A stretch of 64,000 nt of DNA from Bdellovibrionales bacterium (GCA_965261545.1 CBDHDF010000002.1:704001-768000); one strand, 5' to 3'; numbered from the stretch's first letter, positions 10,036 to 19,847 are shown. Notes: a model not told the origin generated them from the sequence alone. Made by a program: numbers and translations.

Positions 10036-11219
10036 CAGCTCGTGACCGTCCGCATCTTCGCAAGTGCAGGAATCGCCGGACGGACCATGTCCAGCAACCG
10101 TTCGGGCGGGCGGCTCAAGGCGTCCGTGACCGGAATTTCCAGATCACCCTCGTACTGGATAATGGCGGCACTTACCGCTTCATGTGTCATGTTCTCGTGG
10201 TTGATCGTGAGGCCGATAACCTTCGTATCGGCGAAGGTCTGGATAAGATTGATTTCGCTAGCCGGCGATGGCATCGCCATCTGTTCGAAGTCGCAGCGAT
10301 GACACCGCCCCGGGGCATGCTGCAAAATGACTCCGGTGGGCCTGCTGCCCCTCAAAATGAATGACGAGGAGCTGAAGGCCGGATGACTTAGCGCGCCTTG
10401 ACCTTCGATGATGATCACATCCGGACTCTCTTCTTGGAACGCCTCGATGATGGTCGCCTCCAACTCACCGGAGCAAAATTGCGATGGAACGGCATCGAGC
10501 GCAACACCGTAGCGGGCTCCTTGAATCAAGCCGGTCTGGCCAGTGCCGACCATGACGGCTTTCAAGCCGTGATCGTTGAGAACACGGGTCAGGATCGTGG
10601 CGGTGGTGCGCTTGCCGATGGCGCTGTCGGTTCCCAGCAGGGCAATTCGCGGGCAGGTGACTTCAGCGATTCGATCTTCGAACATCCGCAGATCTTTCTT
10701 GGCGCGGGGTTTTCGCATGTCAAGGATCACGACGCTATTCGCTATGCTCGCAGCCACAAACTCCGGGTCGTCGGTCAGGAATTCATGGAGACCGCTCACG
10801 ACATTCATTCCGCATGCCAAGGCATCGAGTATGATGCCTCGCTCACCTGTCGACAGCATTCCACTCTTGGGCGCTATCCCGAAGATGAAGTAGTCAGGGA
10901 CACGTACGGTGCGAGACAGGGCGTCAGTGAGATCGCAGCAAATCGGGATGGCGTTGGCCTTCCCATCAAGCACCTCGCCGGTGTCGAGTCCAGCCTGCTT
11001 GCTATCGATCACCGAAAGGATTTTGTACTTCTCTGAATGACGGATGAGCCCGTTGGCCGTCTTACCGTTGATTTCACCGAAGCTTTCTTCGCAATAGATG
11101 ACCGCCGTCGCAGTCCGCTTCCGCTCATTGGATGGGATCGTTACGGGACAATTAATACTAGGAGAGTACGGAGCGACGGCGAGCGTATTTGACAGTTTTT
11201 CCAACGGGGTAATGGGCAT
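10035..11219 (-). CDS. DUF1611 domain protein (DgcN-like, P-loop fold)
   Basis: GKTANGL, SGLHEFL, GTDSAIGKRTT, GTGQTG, IEGQGALSHP. ATG at 11219 is preceded by AAGGAG. Confidence 0.9.
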   Translation of the reverse strand: MPITPLEKLSNTLAVAPYSPSINCPVTIPSNERKRTATAVIYCEESFGEINGKTANGLIRHSEKYKILSVIDSKQAGLDTGEVLDGKANAIPICCDLTDALSRTVRVPDYFIFGIAPKSGMLSTGERGIILDALACGMNVVSGLHEFLTDDPEFVAASIANSVVILDMRKPRAKKDLRMFEDRIAEVTCPRIALLGTDSAIGKRTTATILTRVLNDHGLKAVMVGTGQTGLIQGARYGVALDAVPSQFCSGELEATIIEAFQEESPDVIIIEGQGALSHPAFSSSSFILRGSRPTGVILQHAPGRCHRCDFEQMAMPSPASEINLIQTFADTKVIGLTINHENMTHEAVSAAIIQYEGDLEIPVTDALSRPPERLLDMVRPAIPALAKMRTVTS

Positions 11220-11438
11220 CGAGGCTCCTTGAGTAAAAATGTGAACTGGCGAGCGGATAACGAAGGTCACTTCGGATCCTTCGCATACCGTTTAGCCACA
11301 TAGACCTAAATGTGGTTGCGCCGCCGTCCGAACCAGCGGTGTGGTCACCTGAGCCAACTAGATTGCGGCGCCGATCAATCATGGGGCCGACGCTGGCTGT
11401 GTGAAGAATCCCAGAAGTACCAAGGGATGTATTATTGA
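11220..11438 (-). promoter_or_regulatory. Long structured 5' leader (candidate cis-regulatory RNA)
   Basis: About 220 nt between the predicted transcription start and the ATG, with several 6-8 bp stems and mutually exclusive pairings (see findings). Confidence 0.5.
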
Positions 11439-11444
11439 TTATTG

Positions 11445-11474
11445 ATTCTAGCCCATTTCGCCGTCGAAAGTCAA
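11445..11474 (-). promoter_or_regulatory. Sigma70-type promoter of the DUF1611-racemase operon
   Basis: TTGACT-N18-TAGAAT on the minus strand. Confidence 0.65.
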
Positions 11475-11665
11475 GACTTTGTCGCAGACACTGCGTGGAC
11501 CGGTTCTTCTCGATCCAATGCCGTTTCCTTAAGCCACCACACCTCTGTGCGTTAAGCTATTTCTTTTAAAAGAACTCCCAGCCCTTTTGAGAGACCTTTC
11601 ATAGCTTCTTTTGAAGTGCCTCCTCTTCTCCATTGAAATCTTCACAGCAATTCCATTTCCACTCG

Positions 11666-12484
11666 CTAAATATCTATTTTTTCGGAAAGCTTCTGAAGCC
11701 TTTGTTGAATGATATCCTCAGGAAGACCTTTGAGTTCATAGAGGCCCTTGAGGCGATCCATAAGATCTTTTCGATAAGACTTTGTGGTGTGCTTAAGCCC
11801 AAGGATATAATCTTCTAGGGTTTGAATTCCCAAATCAACTTGGCCGGCTCGTGTGAGGATTCTCGAAGCTAAAGATTTGACCCAAACAGGCCCCCCTGCA
11901 TTGCCCGCTTGAATGAGCAACTCTGCGGCTTTATCCAGTTCCTGGAGTTCATAGAGGTAGTGGTAGGCGGCCCTATACAAAATAGGCCAATCATTGGGAA
12001 AGTACTTAAAAGCTCTTTCGTAAATAGCTTTTGCCCCCAAGTGGTCATCGATAAGGACACTGAGGGTGGAAGCTCCCACAGCATAGGGCATACGAAAATG
12101 GGGTGTGAGCCTAGTGATGGCATCCAATAGGCGAAAGGACCAACCTTTGTTGCAGATATTTTTTCGTACGGGAATGAGAATTTCATCTCTAAACTTATTA
12201 GCACCTCCCGCTACGTTTCTCGGTAGTGATGGCTTGGGCAAGACGGAACTTCGTGCCACTTTTTTGGCTCCGCAAACATCCACATCCTGAACCCATCGTA
12301 ACCACAAGCTATCTGACATGGACTCATTGTAGCCAAAACTAAAGTGGTGAATATATTTAGGTGGAGGTATATAAATAGGTGGGTCTTCTCTATCGACTTC
12401 GTAGTAAGCCCAATATTTTTGAGTTACTAGCGTGCCCAAGAAGCAAAGGCAGATCAAGGCCACATATCTTATAGATTCTACCAT
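11666..12484 (-). CDS. Membrane-anchored TPR-like hypothetical protein
   Basis: N-terminal hydrophobic segment; helical repeat pattern AKAIYERAFKYFPNDWPILYRAAY...AAELL. Confidence 0.65.
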   Translation of the reverse strand: MVESIRYVALICLCFLGTLVTQKYWAYYEVDREDPPIYIPPPKYIHHFSFGYNESMSDSLWLRWVQDVDVCGAKKVARSSVLPKPSLPRNVAGGANKFRDEILIPVRKNICNKGWSFRLLDAITRLTPHFRMPYAVGASTLSVLIDDHLGAKAIYERAFKYFPNDWPILYRAAYHYLYELQELDKAAELLIQAGNAGGPVWVKSLASRILTRAGQVDLGIQTLEDYILGLKHTTKSYRKDLMDRLKGLYELKGLPEDIIQQRLQKLSEKIDI

Positions 12485-12624
12485 ATATAATACTATCAAA
12501 CAGGGGTTTGTCCCTGTCAAGGCTTGCCGGCCGCTGTGGGGCTTGCTAGGCTTGGGTCAAGCTGCTTACGCTTTTTTTTCGTCAAGGTACATAGAGGGTC
12601 AAGATGATGGAGGGGGGAGAGAAA

Positions 12625-13854
12625 ATGACCAAAATACAATTGCGACCTACCACTGTGGTGGCGGGGTTTATTTTATTTTGTTTATTTTTATGTTTATTTT
12701 GGGGATGCTCCGTTCTATGGAGGAAGTTGTCCCCCTCTTCCTACACCCAGGCCCCTGGTGATATTAGCATTATGACTTATAATGTCGAAAATCTCTTCGA
12801 TACCCTCCACGATGAGGGAACAGAAGATTATACCTTCTTACCCATAGATCAAAAGCAAACGGATCGCCACAAGTTCCAGTGTGAAAAAATTCGCTCCACC
12901 AAGTATAGAGAGCAGTGTCTCTATATGGATTGGTCTCCTTCTATGCTGGAGCGCAAAATGCACCGCTTGGCCCAAGTGATCCTTCAGATGAATCATGGCC
13001 GAGGCCCCGACATCCTCGTTATGCCTGAAGTGGAAAATCTTAGGGTCCTTAAGCTATTTAATGATAAGCACCTTCAGCCCGCTCAGTACACCACTCTTGT
13101 TCATTTGGAGGGACCTGATAAAAGGGGCATTGACACCTCCATTTTGTCAAGACTTCGACCTGCCTTCAAGCCCCCTGCTTTGCATAAAGTTTCCTTTCAA
13201 GGTAGGAATCCGGGAGAGCAAAAATGGATGAGTCGTTCTAGGGGGATTTTGGAGGCCCGGCTGTTGCTTCCCAATGAACAGGAATTGGCCGTTTTTGCTG
13301 TTCACTTTCCATCTCCAAGAAACCCCACGCATTGGCGTCAGCAGGCCATTGTCTTTCTCAGCGATCTTCAGTCTCAGTTGCCCAAGGATGTTCTCGCTAT
13401 TGCTGCTGGCGATTTTAATATTAGCCAAAAAGAAGAACGGTTCCACCATCTGTACGAGAATCAGTTGGGCAAGAACTGGCTGATTTCTCATAAGCTGGGA
13501 TGTCACCAGTGCAAAGGTACGAATTACTACCACAGTGGGCGTCAGTGGTCTTTTCTTGATGCCATTCTCTTTGACAAACGCCTTTCCAAGGCAGGTCAAG
13601 AAGGGCCTCCGTCTTCTTGGTTTGTGGATAGCCTATCCATCCATATTCCCACTCAGTCGATTTATCAAGTCAGTCGCAGGGGAAGTCCGGCCCGTTTTAA
13701 TAATGGTCTAAGTTCTAGGGGGGTCAGTGATCATTGGCCTGTTGTTGCAGTTCTTAAACCTTACCCATTTTATGCCAAAAACTCCACTTTCAAGAACCCC
13801 ATTTCTAAAAACTCGGATATACCCAAAAACTCCATTCAAGAGCCCAAGGACTGA
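12625..13854 (+). CDS. Exported endonuclease/exonuclease/phosphatase family nuclease
   Basis: TYNVENLFD, EVEN, DKRGID, HFPS, GDFN, LDAI, SDHWPV motifs; N-terminal signal/TM. Confidence 0.9.
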   Translation: MTKIQLRPTTVVAGFILFCLFLCLFWGCSVLWRKLSPSSYTQAPGDISIMTYNVENLFDTLHDEGTEDYTFLPIDQKQTDRHKFQCEKIRSTKYREQCLYMDWSPSMLERKMHRLAQVILQMNHGRGPDILVMPEVENLRVLKLFNDKHLQPAQYTTLVHLEGPDKRGIDTSILSRLRPAFKPPALHKVSFQGRNPGEQKWMSRSRGILEARLLLPNEQELAVFAVHFPSPRNPTHWRQQAIVFLSDLQSQLPKDVLAIAAGDFNISQKEERFHHLYENQLGKNWLISHKLGCHQCKGTNYYHSGRQWSFLDAILFDKRLSKAGQEGPPSSWFVDSLSIHIPTQSIYQVSRRGSPARFNNGLSSRGVSDHWPVVAVLKPYPFYAKNSTFKNPISKNSDIPKNSIQEPKD

Positions 13855-13858
13855 AACC

Positions 13859-15187
13859 ATGTTATTTATTCCCTCAGAATTGATTAAAAAAAAGCGTGAG
13901 GGAGAAGTTCATTCCCCCGAGGAGATAGAGTTTCTCATCCAGCAATTCACAGATGGAAACATTCCAGATTACCAAATGTCTTCGTGGTTGATGGCTGTAT
14001 TTTTTCAAGGAGCTGCTGACTCTGAGACGGCCACATTGACAGAAGCCATGAAGAACTCAGGGGTTTGTTTTAACTTTTCTTCCCTTGAAGCTCCTTGCGT
14101 GGATAAGCATAGTACCGGGGGTATCGGGGATAAAACGAGTCTGATTCTAGGTCCTATTGCGGCTGCGGCAGGTGTACCTGTTCCTATGATAGCTGGGCGA
14201 AGTCTCGGTTATACAGGGGGAACTCTCGACAAACTTGAAAGCATACCTGGCTTTCGAGTTATGCTTGATAAAAAAGAGACAGAAGATAATGTTCGCAACA
14301 TGGGTCTTGCCATGATAGGACAGACCAAGGATATTTGCCCTGCGGATCGAAAAATCTATGCTCTCAGGGGAGTGACTGCCACTATTGAATCCTACCCCCT
14401 TATTTGTGCCAGCATCATGTCAAAGAAGCTTGCTGAAGACCTTAAGGGTTTGGTGCTTGATGTTAAATTTGGAAGTGGGGCCTTTATGAAAAGCTATGAA
14501 GAGGGTCAAGAACTGGCTGATCTTCTTATTAAAACCGGTGAGGCCCACCAAGTTCATACCATCGTTCTTTTAACTTCTATGAATCAGCCCCTAGGGCGCT
14601 ATATAGGTAATTCTTTGGAGGTGAAGGAGGCTGTTGAAATCATGAAAGGAGACACATGTTTTGAAAATGGTATTGACTTTTATGAAGATACGAGAATTTT
14701 GAGTCTTGAATTGGCGGGGTATATGATTTGGATGGGAGGTCAAGCTTCCTCCCCTGAGGAGGGAGTTGTTAAGGCCACGGAAGTCTTGGAATCTGGCAGG
14801 GCCTATGAAAAATTTTTGGAGCTTTGCCAATATCAGGGGCCCGCTCGACTGGATGAGCTTTCCTTGGCAAAAAATTATTTTCCTGTTCTTTCCCCTTCCG
14901 ATGGTGTTGTGAATCAAATTCATGTGGAGCAACTTGGCTGGACGATTCTTAAAATGGGAGGTGCTCGGGAGTTTTGTCATGACACCATTGACCATAAAGT
15001 GGGCCTTGAGTGGTGTTGTCGAGTGGGTCAGAAGGTTCATAGAGGGCAGCCTTTGGCAAAAATTCACTGCGATGACCCCCAAAAGGCTCAAGAGGCTGTG
15101 GAGGATGTTTCCAAAACCGTGATTTTGGGAGGTCCCTGTCCTCCCATCAAACTGGTTCAAAAAAAAATGGGTCGAGGAGTGAGGTGA
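13859..15187 (+). CDS. pdp: Pyrimidine-nucleoside (thymidine) phosphorylase
   Basis: DKHSTGGIGDKTS, GRSLGYTGGTLDKLESIPG, SIMSKK, LDVKFGSGAFMK. ATG at 13859. Confidence 0.95.
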   Translation: MLFIPSELIKKKREGEVHSPEEIEFLIQQFTDGNIPDYQMSSWLMAVFFQGAADSETATLTEAMKNSGVCFNFSSLEAPCVDKHSTGGIGDKTSLILGPIAAAAGVPVPMIAGRSLGYTGGTLDKLESIPGFRVMLDKKETEDNVRNMGLAMIGQTKDICPADRKIYALRGVTATIESYPLICASIMSKKLAEDLKGLVLDVKFGSGAFMKSYEEGQELADLLIKTGEAHQVHTIVLLTSMNQPLGRYIGNSLEVKEAVEIMKGDTCFENGIDFYEDTRILSLELAGYMIWMGGQASSPEEGVVKATEVLESGRAYEKFLELCQYQGPARLDELSLAKNYFPVLSPSDGVVNQIHVEQLGWTILKMGGAREFCHDTIDHKVGLEWCCRVGQKVHRGQPLAKIHCDDPQKAQEAVEDVSKTVILGGPCPPIKLVQKKMGRGVR

Positions 15188-15264
15188 AAAGTGAGAAGTT
15201 GTGAAAAGCAAAGTGCAGAGGAAAGGAGTGAATGGATGTGGGTGGACATAAAAGGAGTGAATGA

Positions 15265-16140
15265 ATGGACATGAAAACTGAAAGCTTACAGAATATGTGT
15301 TTTCACGGGATGGATTCGGCTCTGACTCTTAAGTCAATCGATGAAAGCTGCCAATATATTTATAAAAAAACCTCTCTCAGGCCACGGGTGGCCATCACTT
15401 TGGGTTCGGGGCTTGCCTCTTGGGTCAAGAATGTGGATGTTGAGGTCTCTCTACCTTTTTCAGATATTCCCCACTTTCCCCTTACCACCGTGGATGGGCA
15501 CAGGGGGAGCATGATATTTGGTCACCTCCACTCACAACCTATTCTTGTTATGCAAGGGCGAATTCACTATTACGAGGGTTATACCCAGCAACAGGTGATC
15601 TACCCTACCCGTTGCTTGAAGCCATTGGGTATTGAAACTCTTATTCTCACCAATGCTTCAGGGGGCCTTGATCCTCAAATGGCTCCTGGCCATTTTATGC
15701 TTATCAAAGATCATATCAACTTGACGGGAACCAACCCTCTTATCGGACCCAACATTGTTGACCATGGGCCTCGCTTTCCCGACATGAGTCAACCTTACGA
15801 TCTATCCCTTCTCTCAAAAGCTCAAAAAATTATGAAAGATCTCCAGCTTCCCCACTCCGAGGGGGTTTATTGTGGTGTTCTCGGTCCCAGCTATGAAACA
15901 GCTTCGGAGGTTCAGTTTTTACAAAAAATTGGTGGACATGCGGTGGGTATGAGTACAGTGTCAGAGTCCATTGCCGCCGCTCATATGGGAATGAAAGTTT
16001 GTGGGATAAGCTGCATCACCAATATGGCTACGGGGCTTACAAGAGATCGCTTTACCCATGAAGATGTCACAGTTGTTGCTCAATCCATGGAAAAAGACTT
16101 TGGGGCTTTTATGGGAAGGTTCATCACTAGTTTTGCGTGA
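15265..16140 (+). CDS. punA: Purine-nucleoside phosphorylase (trimeric PunA/XapA type)
   Basis: LGSGL, GRIHYYEG, TNASGG, GPSYET, VGMSTV motifs. Confidence 0.93.
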   Translation: MDMKTESLQNMCFHGMDSALTLKSIDESCQYIYKKTSLRPRVAITLGSGLASWVKNVDVEVSLPFSDIPHFPLTTVDGHRGSMIFGHLHSQPILVMQGRIHYYEGYTQQQVIYPTRCLKPLGIETLILTNASGGLDPQMAPGHFMLIKDHINLTGTNPLIGPNIVDHGPRFPDMSQPYDLSLLSKAQKIMKDLQLPHSEGVYCGVLGPSYETASEVQFLQKIGGHAVGMSTVSESIAAAHMGMKVCGISCITNMATGLTRDRFTHEDVTVVAQSMEKDFGAFMGRFITSFA

Positions 16141-16236
16141 AATTTTTCGGCATATGTACTTGATGCCACTCGCCCGCATTTTTCACAAACTAAGAAATGT
16201 TCTTTCTTAAAAATATAGGGTTTTATTTAAGAAATT

Positions 16237-17082
16237 TTACATCGTGGTCCCCTTGATTTTAGTGGTCTCTGTGATTTTTTTAAGTAAATACCTCTTTGGC
16301 CATGGACTTTTGTCTTTGGTCACTAGAAAGTCGCCTTGGGGGTTTCTGACAATACCGATGGGTAAAACAAGACGAGATTGCCCAGGGCGAGTTCCCCCAT
16401 TGTAGGTGATAAAAATTTGTCTTCTGTTAGAAATAGCTTGAAGGATGGGTGATATAAGAGGATTTTCTTTGAATTCATGGATAGAGTAGTTTTCCCAAAG
16501 GAGGTTTTCTCCTTGGGCAGCCATCAGTTCATCCAAAGATGAATTTTCCCCACATCGACGAAAAATTTCCAAGCCCACTTGCAAACAAGCTTTGGCATCA
16601 TCAAGGGCACGGTGGGCCTCCCCTCCATCTATGTTTAAAAACTGAACGAGGGTTTGAAGCTTGTGGTTGGGAGCTTCAGGTATCAGTTTTCTTGAAAGAA
16701 GACTGCTGCAAAGAATGGGGGTCGAAGGCCATGCTAAGAGAGCCTTTTCAAATTCTATGGCTAAAAAGCCTAAATCAAAGGGAGCATGGTGAGCCATAAT
16801 TACAGAATCACCTATGAATTCATAAAAATCTTTAATCACTTCTCCCACGGAGGGAGCCCCTTGAATCATTTCGTTAGTGATCCTATGAATGGCAATGACT
16901 TCATCCGACATAGGGTCATTGGGCCGAATTAAGGTTTGGTACTCACCCACCACATCACCACCCCTCCACTTCACGGCCGCTATTTCACAAATTTCGGATT
17001 GCAGGGGGTACGGCCCCGTGGTTTCCAAATCAAAAGCCACAAGAGTTATATTTTGCCAAGAACAAGAAGCTGGATGTCTCAT
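16237..17082 (-). CDS. DnaQ-like DEDDh 3'-5' exonuclease with C-terminal WYL-like domain
   Basis: AFDLETTG, AHHAPFDLGF, HRALDDA; C-terminal LQAISNRRQIFITY...RLVLPIGI. Confidence 0.85.
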   Translation of the reverse strand: MRHPASCSWQNITLVAFDLETTGPYPLQSEICEIAAVKWRGGDVVGEYQTLIRPNDPMSDEVIAIHRITNEMIQGAPSVGEVIKDFYEFIGDSVIMAHHAPFDLGFLAIEFEKALLAWPSTPILCSSLLSRKLIPEAPNHKLQTLVQFLNIDGGEAHRALDDAKACLQVGLEIFRRCGENSSLDELMAAQGENLLWENYSIHEFKENPLISPILQAISNRRQIFITYNGGTRPGQSRLVLPIGIVRNPQGDFLVTKDKSPWPKRYLLKKITETTKIKGTTM

Positions 17083-17121
17083 TCTGCGGCACTCCTTACA
17101 ACTCTCCTCACCTTGTTTCCC

Positions 17122-17877
17122 TCACTGTGGCTCTGTTCTTTGGGATCTTGAAGTGACTCCAGTGGTTCCTGGGTATTTCAGGTGGGCGACTCCCAATGAA
17201 CTTGTCATGGTCAGTTGATTGGGACGACTTTCAATATCCAACATAGAAACATCAAAGGTCACTTGATAGGGTTTATGAAACCGGGTCAGATAAGGAAACA
17301 AAGACTTAAGTTCCACAAAGCTCCTGGAAACCTTCTTCACCTGGCCAGTATAACGGAAACCATCCTGATGAAGATAAACCTTCCAGATCGATTTATTCTC
17401 CTTGTACATATTGTTGTGCTCTTTGACAGGTGTGTATAAGAAAATCATAAAATTTGCTTTTGCAGACATTTCCTGCCACTTCTTCTCTTGTTCCTCCCTC
17501 TGCTTTTTCTCATCCCACTGCATATAAGCGCCCATCTTGTCTAAGTGAGCCTCCGTGACCTGAGAATTAAGGATGGTGGCTGAAACCTGAAAGGTATTTT
17601 GAAAACCATTGTACTGAGAGCGAGAATCTGTAAATTGACCAATCAAAGCCTGGTAGTCCAAAGCTTCTTGGTCTGCGGCATCCCCATTTAAAAAGCTGCT
17701 CACCCGAGAATCAAAAACTTTTGAAACCAATGAAGAGGCGCAAGATGCCAAGTGAAGGAAGCCCAGAAATAAAACTGCATAAAAAAGAAAAAGTCGAAAG
17801 TAACAAAATGGACGTAAGTAGCCTAAGTGACAACAGTAACGAAAGTTAGGTTTTCGGACCTCTTCATATTTCTTCAT
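17122..17877 (-). CDS. Hypothetical lipoprotein
   Basis: Hydrophobic stretch ending LASC (lipobox-like); co-oriented with neighbours; start uncertain. Confidence 0.6.
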   Translation of the reverse strand: MKKYEEVRKPNFRYCCHLGYLRPFCYFRLFLFYAVLFLGFLHLASCASSLVSKVFDSRVSSFLNGDAADQEALDYQALIGQFTDSRSQYNGFQNTFQVSATILNSQVTEAHLDKMGAYMQWDEKKQREEQEKKWQEMSAKANFMIFLYTPVKEHNNMYKENKSIWKVYLHQDGFRYTGQVKKVSRSFVELKSLFPYLTRFHKPYQVTFDVSMLDIESRPNQLTMTSSLGVAHLKYPGTTGVTSRSQRTEPQ

Positions 17878-17887
17878 ATTTCATAGC

Positions 17888-18787
17888 CTATACAAAAGAG
17901 TTGATAAATTCCCTTAAATCTTGAATCGCCTGGTCTCTCTCTAAATCATTAAAAATTTCGTGGCAACTTTGCGAGTATACCTCCACCCGGCACTCCTCTC
18001 TATTGAGTTTTTGACACACACCAAGAGAGCTTTCACTATCAATAATGGTGTCCTTTCCAGGAATCTGAAACAAAAAGGGCAAATCGACGTCAGGCAATTC
18101 CCTACGCACATAGTCAAAATTCTCTATCATACCTAAGAAGAGACGCGGAGAAATACGATCATGGCGCAAAGGGTCTTTATCGTAGAGTTTTATTTTCTCA
18201 AAGTTTTGTGTGAGTTGGGTGTACTTGATTTCGTTACCTAAAGTCACCCAAGGTAGCCAACGAGAAACCCACTTCGCTGCCATCACTTTCAATAGCGGTG
18301 GCCGTAAAGCCAACCCCAGTGCAGGGGCAGAAAGACACGCCGCCGTGACTCCAAGATTATTTTCAATAAGAGCCTTAAGAACAATAAGGCCACCAAGAGA
18401 GTGCCCAAAGAAAATTTTTGGCTGATTGGTAAAAACAAGCTGATATTGGCTTAGGTGATTGTTGAAAGCAACCAGATCTGAAACAAAGTCATCAAAGTGT
18501 GTAATATAGCCTCTTTTTCCAGAAGACCGACCATGCCCTCGCAGGTCCCATGCAAAAACATCCCAGCAATCCCCATTGAGAGCATGGGCCAACTCCTCAT
18601 AACAATCAGAGTGCTCCGCCAAACCATGGGTGATTAAAACAACACCCCGTGGAGAATCCACTCTCCATTGCTGAAAAAAGATTTCAGACCGATCCAATGT
18701 AGTAAAACTGGATTCATACTTTGAATATTTCCTATTTAGAGCATCATGGTAAGAAGAATTCTTGGAGGAAGTCGTGGGCATAGACAT
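17888..18787 (-). CDS. Alpha/beta hydrolase, lysophospholipase/monoacylglycerol lipase type
   Basis: HGLAEH, DLRGHGRS, GHSLGG, HEIFND. Confidence 0.92.
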   Translation of the reverse strand: MSMPTTSSKNSSYHDALNRKYSKYESSFTTLDRSEIFFQQWRVDSPRGVVLITHGLAEHSDCYEELAHALNGDCWDVFAWDLRGHGRSSGKRGYITHFDDFVSDLVAFNNHLSQYQLVFTNQPKIFFGHSLGGLIVLKALIENNLGVTAACLSAPALGLALRPPLLKVMAAKWVSRWLPWVTLGNEIKYTQLTQNFEKIKLYDKDPLRHDRISPRLFLGMIENFDYVRRELPDVDLPFLFQIPGKDTIIDSESSLGVCQKLNREECRVEVYSQSCHEIFNDLERDQAIQDLREFINSFV

Positions 18788-18897
18788 GGGTCGAGTGTAT
18801 AATAAATCTGGAGGAATGTCCTCTATATAGACTCAAGGCGGCGATTTTATATGGTGTAGCATTTACCTGAAATGTATCTATCCAAAGGGTGTCGCAT

Positions 18898-19308
18898 TCA
18901 TTCAAGAGACGTTTTGCACAGTGCTTGAAGAACCTCCTCAAGTTGCTGAAGCTCCCTTTCTGTGAACTTTCGGCCCTCCATGAGGGCCATGAGTTTCTCC
19001 ATAAGAGATATAAAATCATTTTCAAATAGAGTTTCTAAAAGTGAATTTAAATATCTCAATTGGTAGTCTTCTTTCAGAACTTGCTCTCGATACACATATC
19101 TACGACCAAAAGCAGTTTTTTTCAAAAACTCCTTTCTCTCAAGAAGTCTTAGCATAGTTGAAACTGTTGTATAGGCATAGGTACCCTGAGATTTCAAACA
19201 AGCCTGCACATCATAAACCGTTGAAGGTCCATGTTGCCAAATCACCCTCATGAAACTCAACTCAAAGTCAGTGAGAAAAGAACCTGTGGGTTTAAGTTGA
19301 CGCCCCAT
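18898..19308 (-). CDS. BlaI/MecI/CopY family transcriptional repressor
   Basis: LTDFELSFMRVIW, YAYTTVSTMLRLLERKEFL, GRRYVY. Confidence 0.92.
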   Translation of the reverse strand: MGRQLKPTGSFLTDFELSFMRVIWQHGPSTVYDVQACLKSQGTYAYTTVSTMLRLLERKEFLKKTAFGRRYVYREQVLKEDYQLRYLNSLLETLFENDFISLMEKLMALMEGRKFTERELQQLEEVLQALCKTSLE

Positions 19309-19404
19309 GAAGCAAACTCCGTAACAAATGTCCAAAAAGAGCCAAAACAAAGCATTGACCAGAAAGCACCCGACGATTCTACTGTTTATTCAATCCACTC
19401 ATTC

Positions 19405-19447
19405 ATACTAACTATATTTTTAGTACATTTCAACTATATATTTAGTT
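19405..19447 (-). promoter_or_regulatory. Promoter of the BlaI-family gene with two palindromic operators
   Basis: TTGAAA-N17-TAGTAT on the minus strand; ACTA-N6-TAGT at 19411-19424 and 19433-19446. Confidence 0.75.
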
Positions 19448-19532
19448 TTTATTGCATGCGTACGAATGTCTATAATGGTGGTACTTCTGAGAACTGCGGA
19501 CTCTCCAGTATGAAATATACATGCTATGAAAG

Positions 19533-19847
19533 CTAATGCTTGAGAGGCGAGGCTGTTTGAATCGAGTTTTCCAGAATATGAAAGTAGGTTCTTAGAAGAA
19601 TCTCGTAGCTATCTGGATCAAGGTGGCTTAAAAATGACTGTTTTTCTTCAAAGGACTCCAACTCAAGAAACTGGGAAAACAATTCTTGAATGCGTATAAG
19701 GTTGTCCATGGTAAAAAACTCTATTTCTTCCGTAGGCTTTTGAAGAATTTGAGCAATGGTATCATTATCATAAAGAAGGTGAATTCCCTTCATCGATTGT
19801 GTGAGAAGACCCTCTATTTTATCAAGTTGATATTCTTCAACGTGCAT
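19533..19847 (-). CDS. Small acidic hypothetical protein
   Basis: 104-aa ORF with protein-like composition; no recognised motif. Confidence 0.65.
   Translation of the reverse strand: MHVEEYQLDKIEGLLTQSMKGIHLLYDNDTIAQILQKPTEEIEFFTMDNLIRIQELFSQFLELESFEEKQSFLSHLDPDSYEILLRTYFHILENSIQTASPLKH

Noticed and set aside
8805..11519. Terminal repeats for the GC-rich operon (CATAGTGGTCCC near 8805; ATTGGATC/GATCCAAT at 8922/11512)
   Set aside because: Matches are too short and there is no target duplication.
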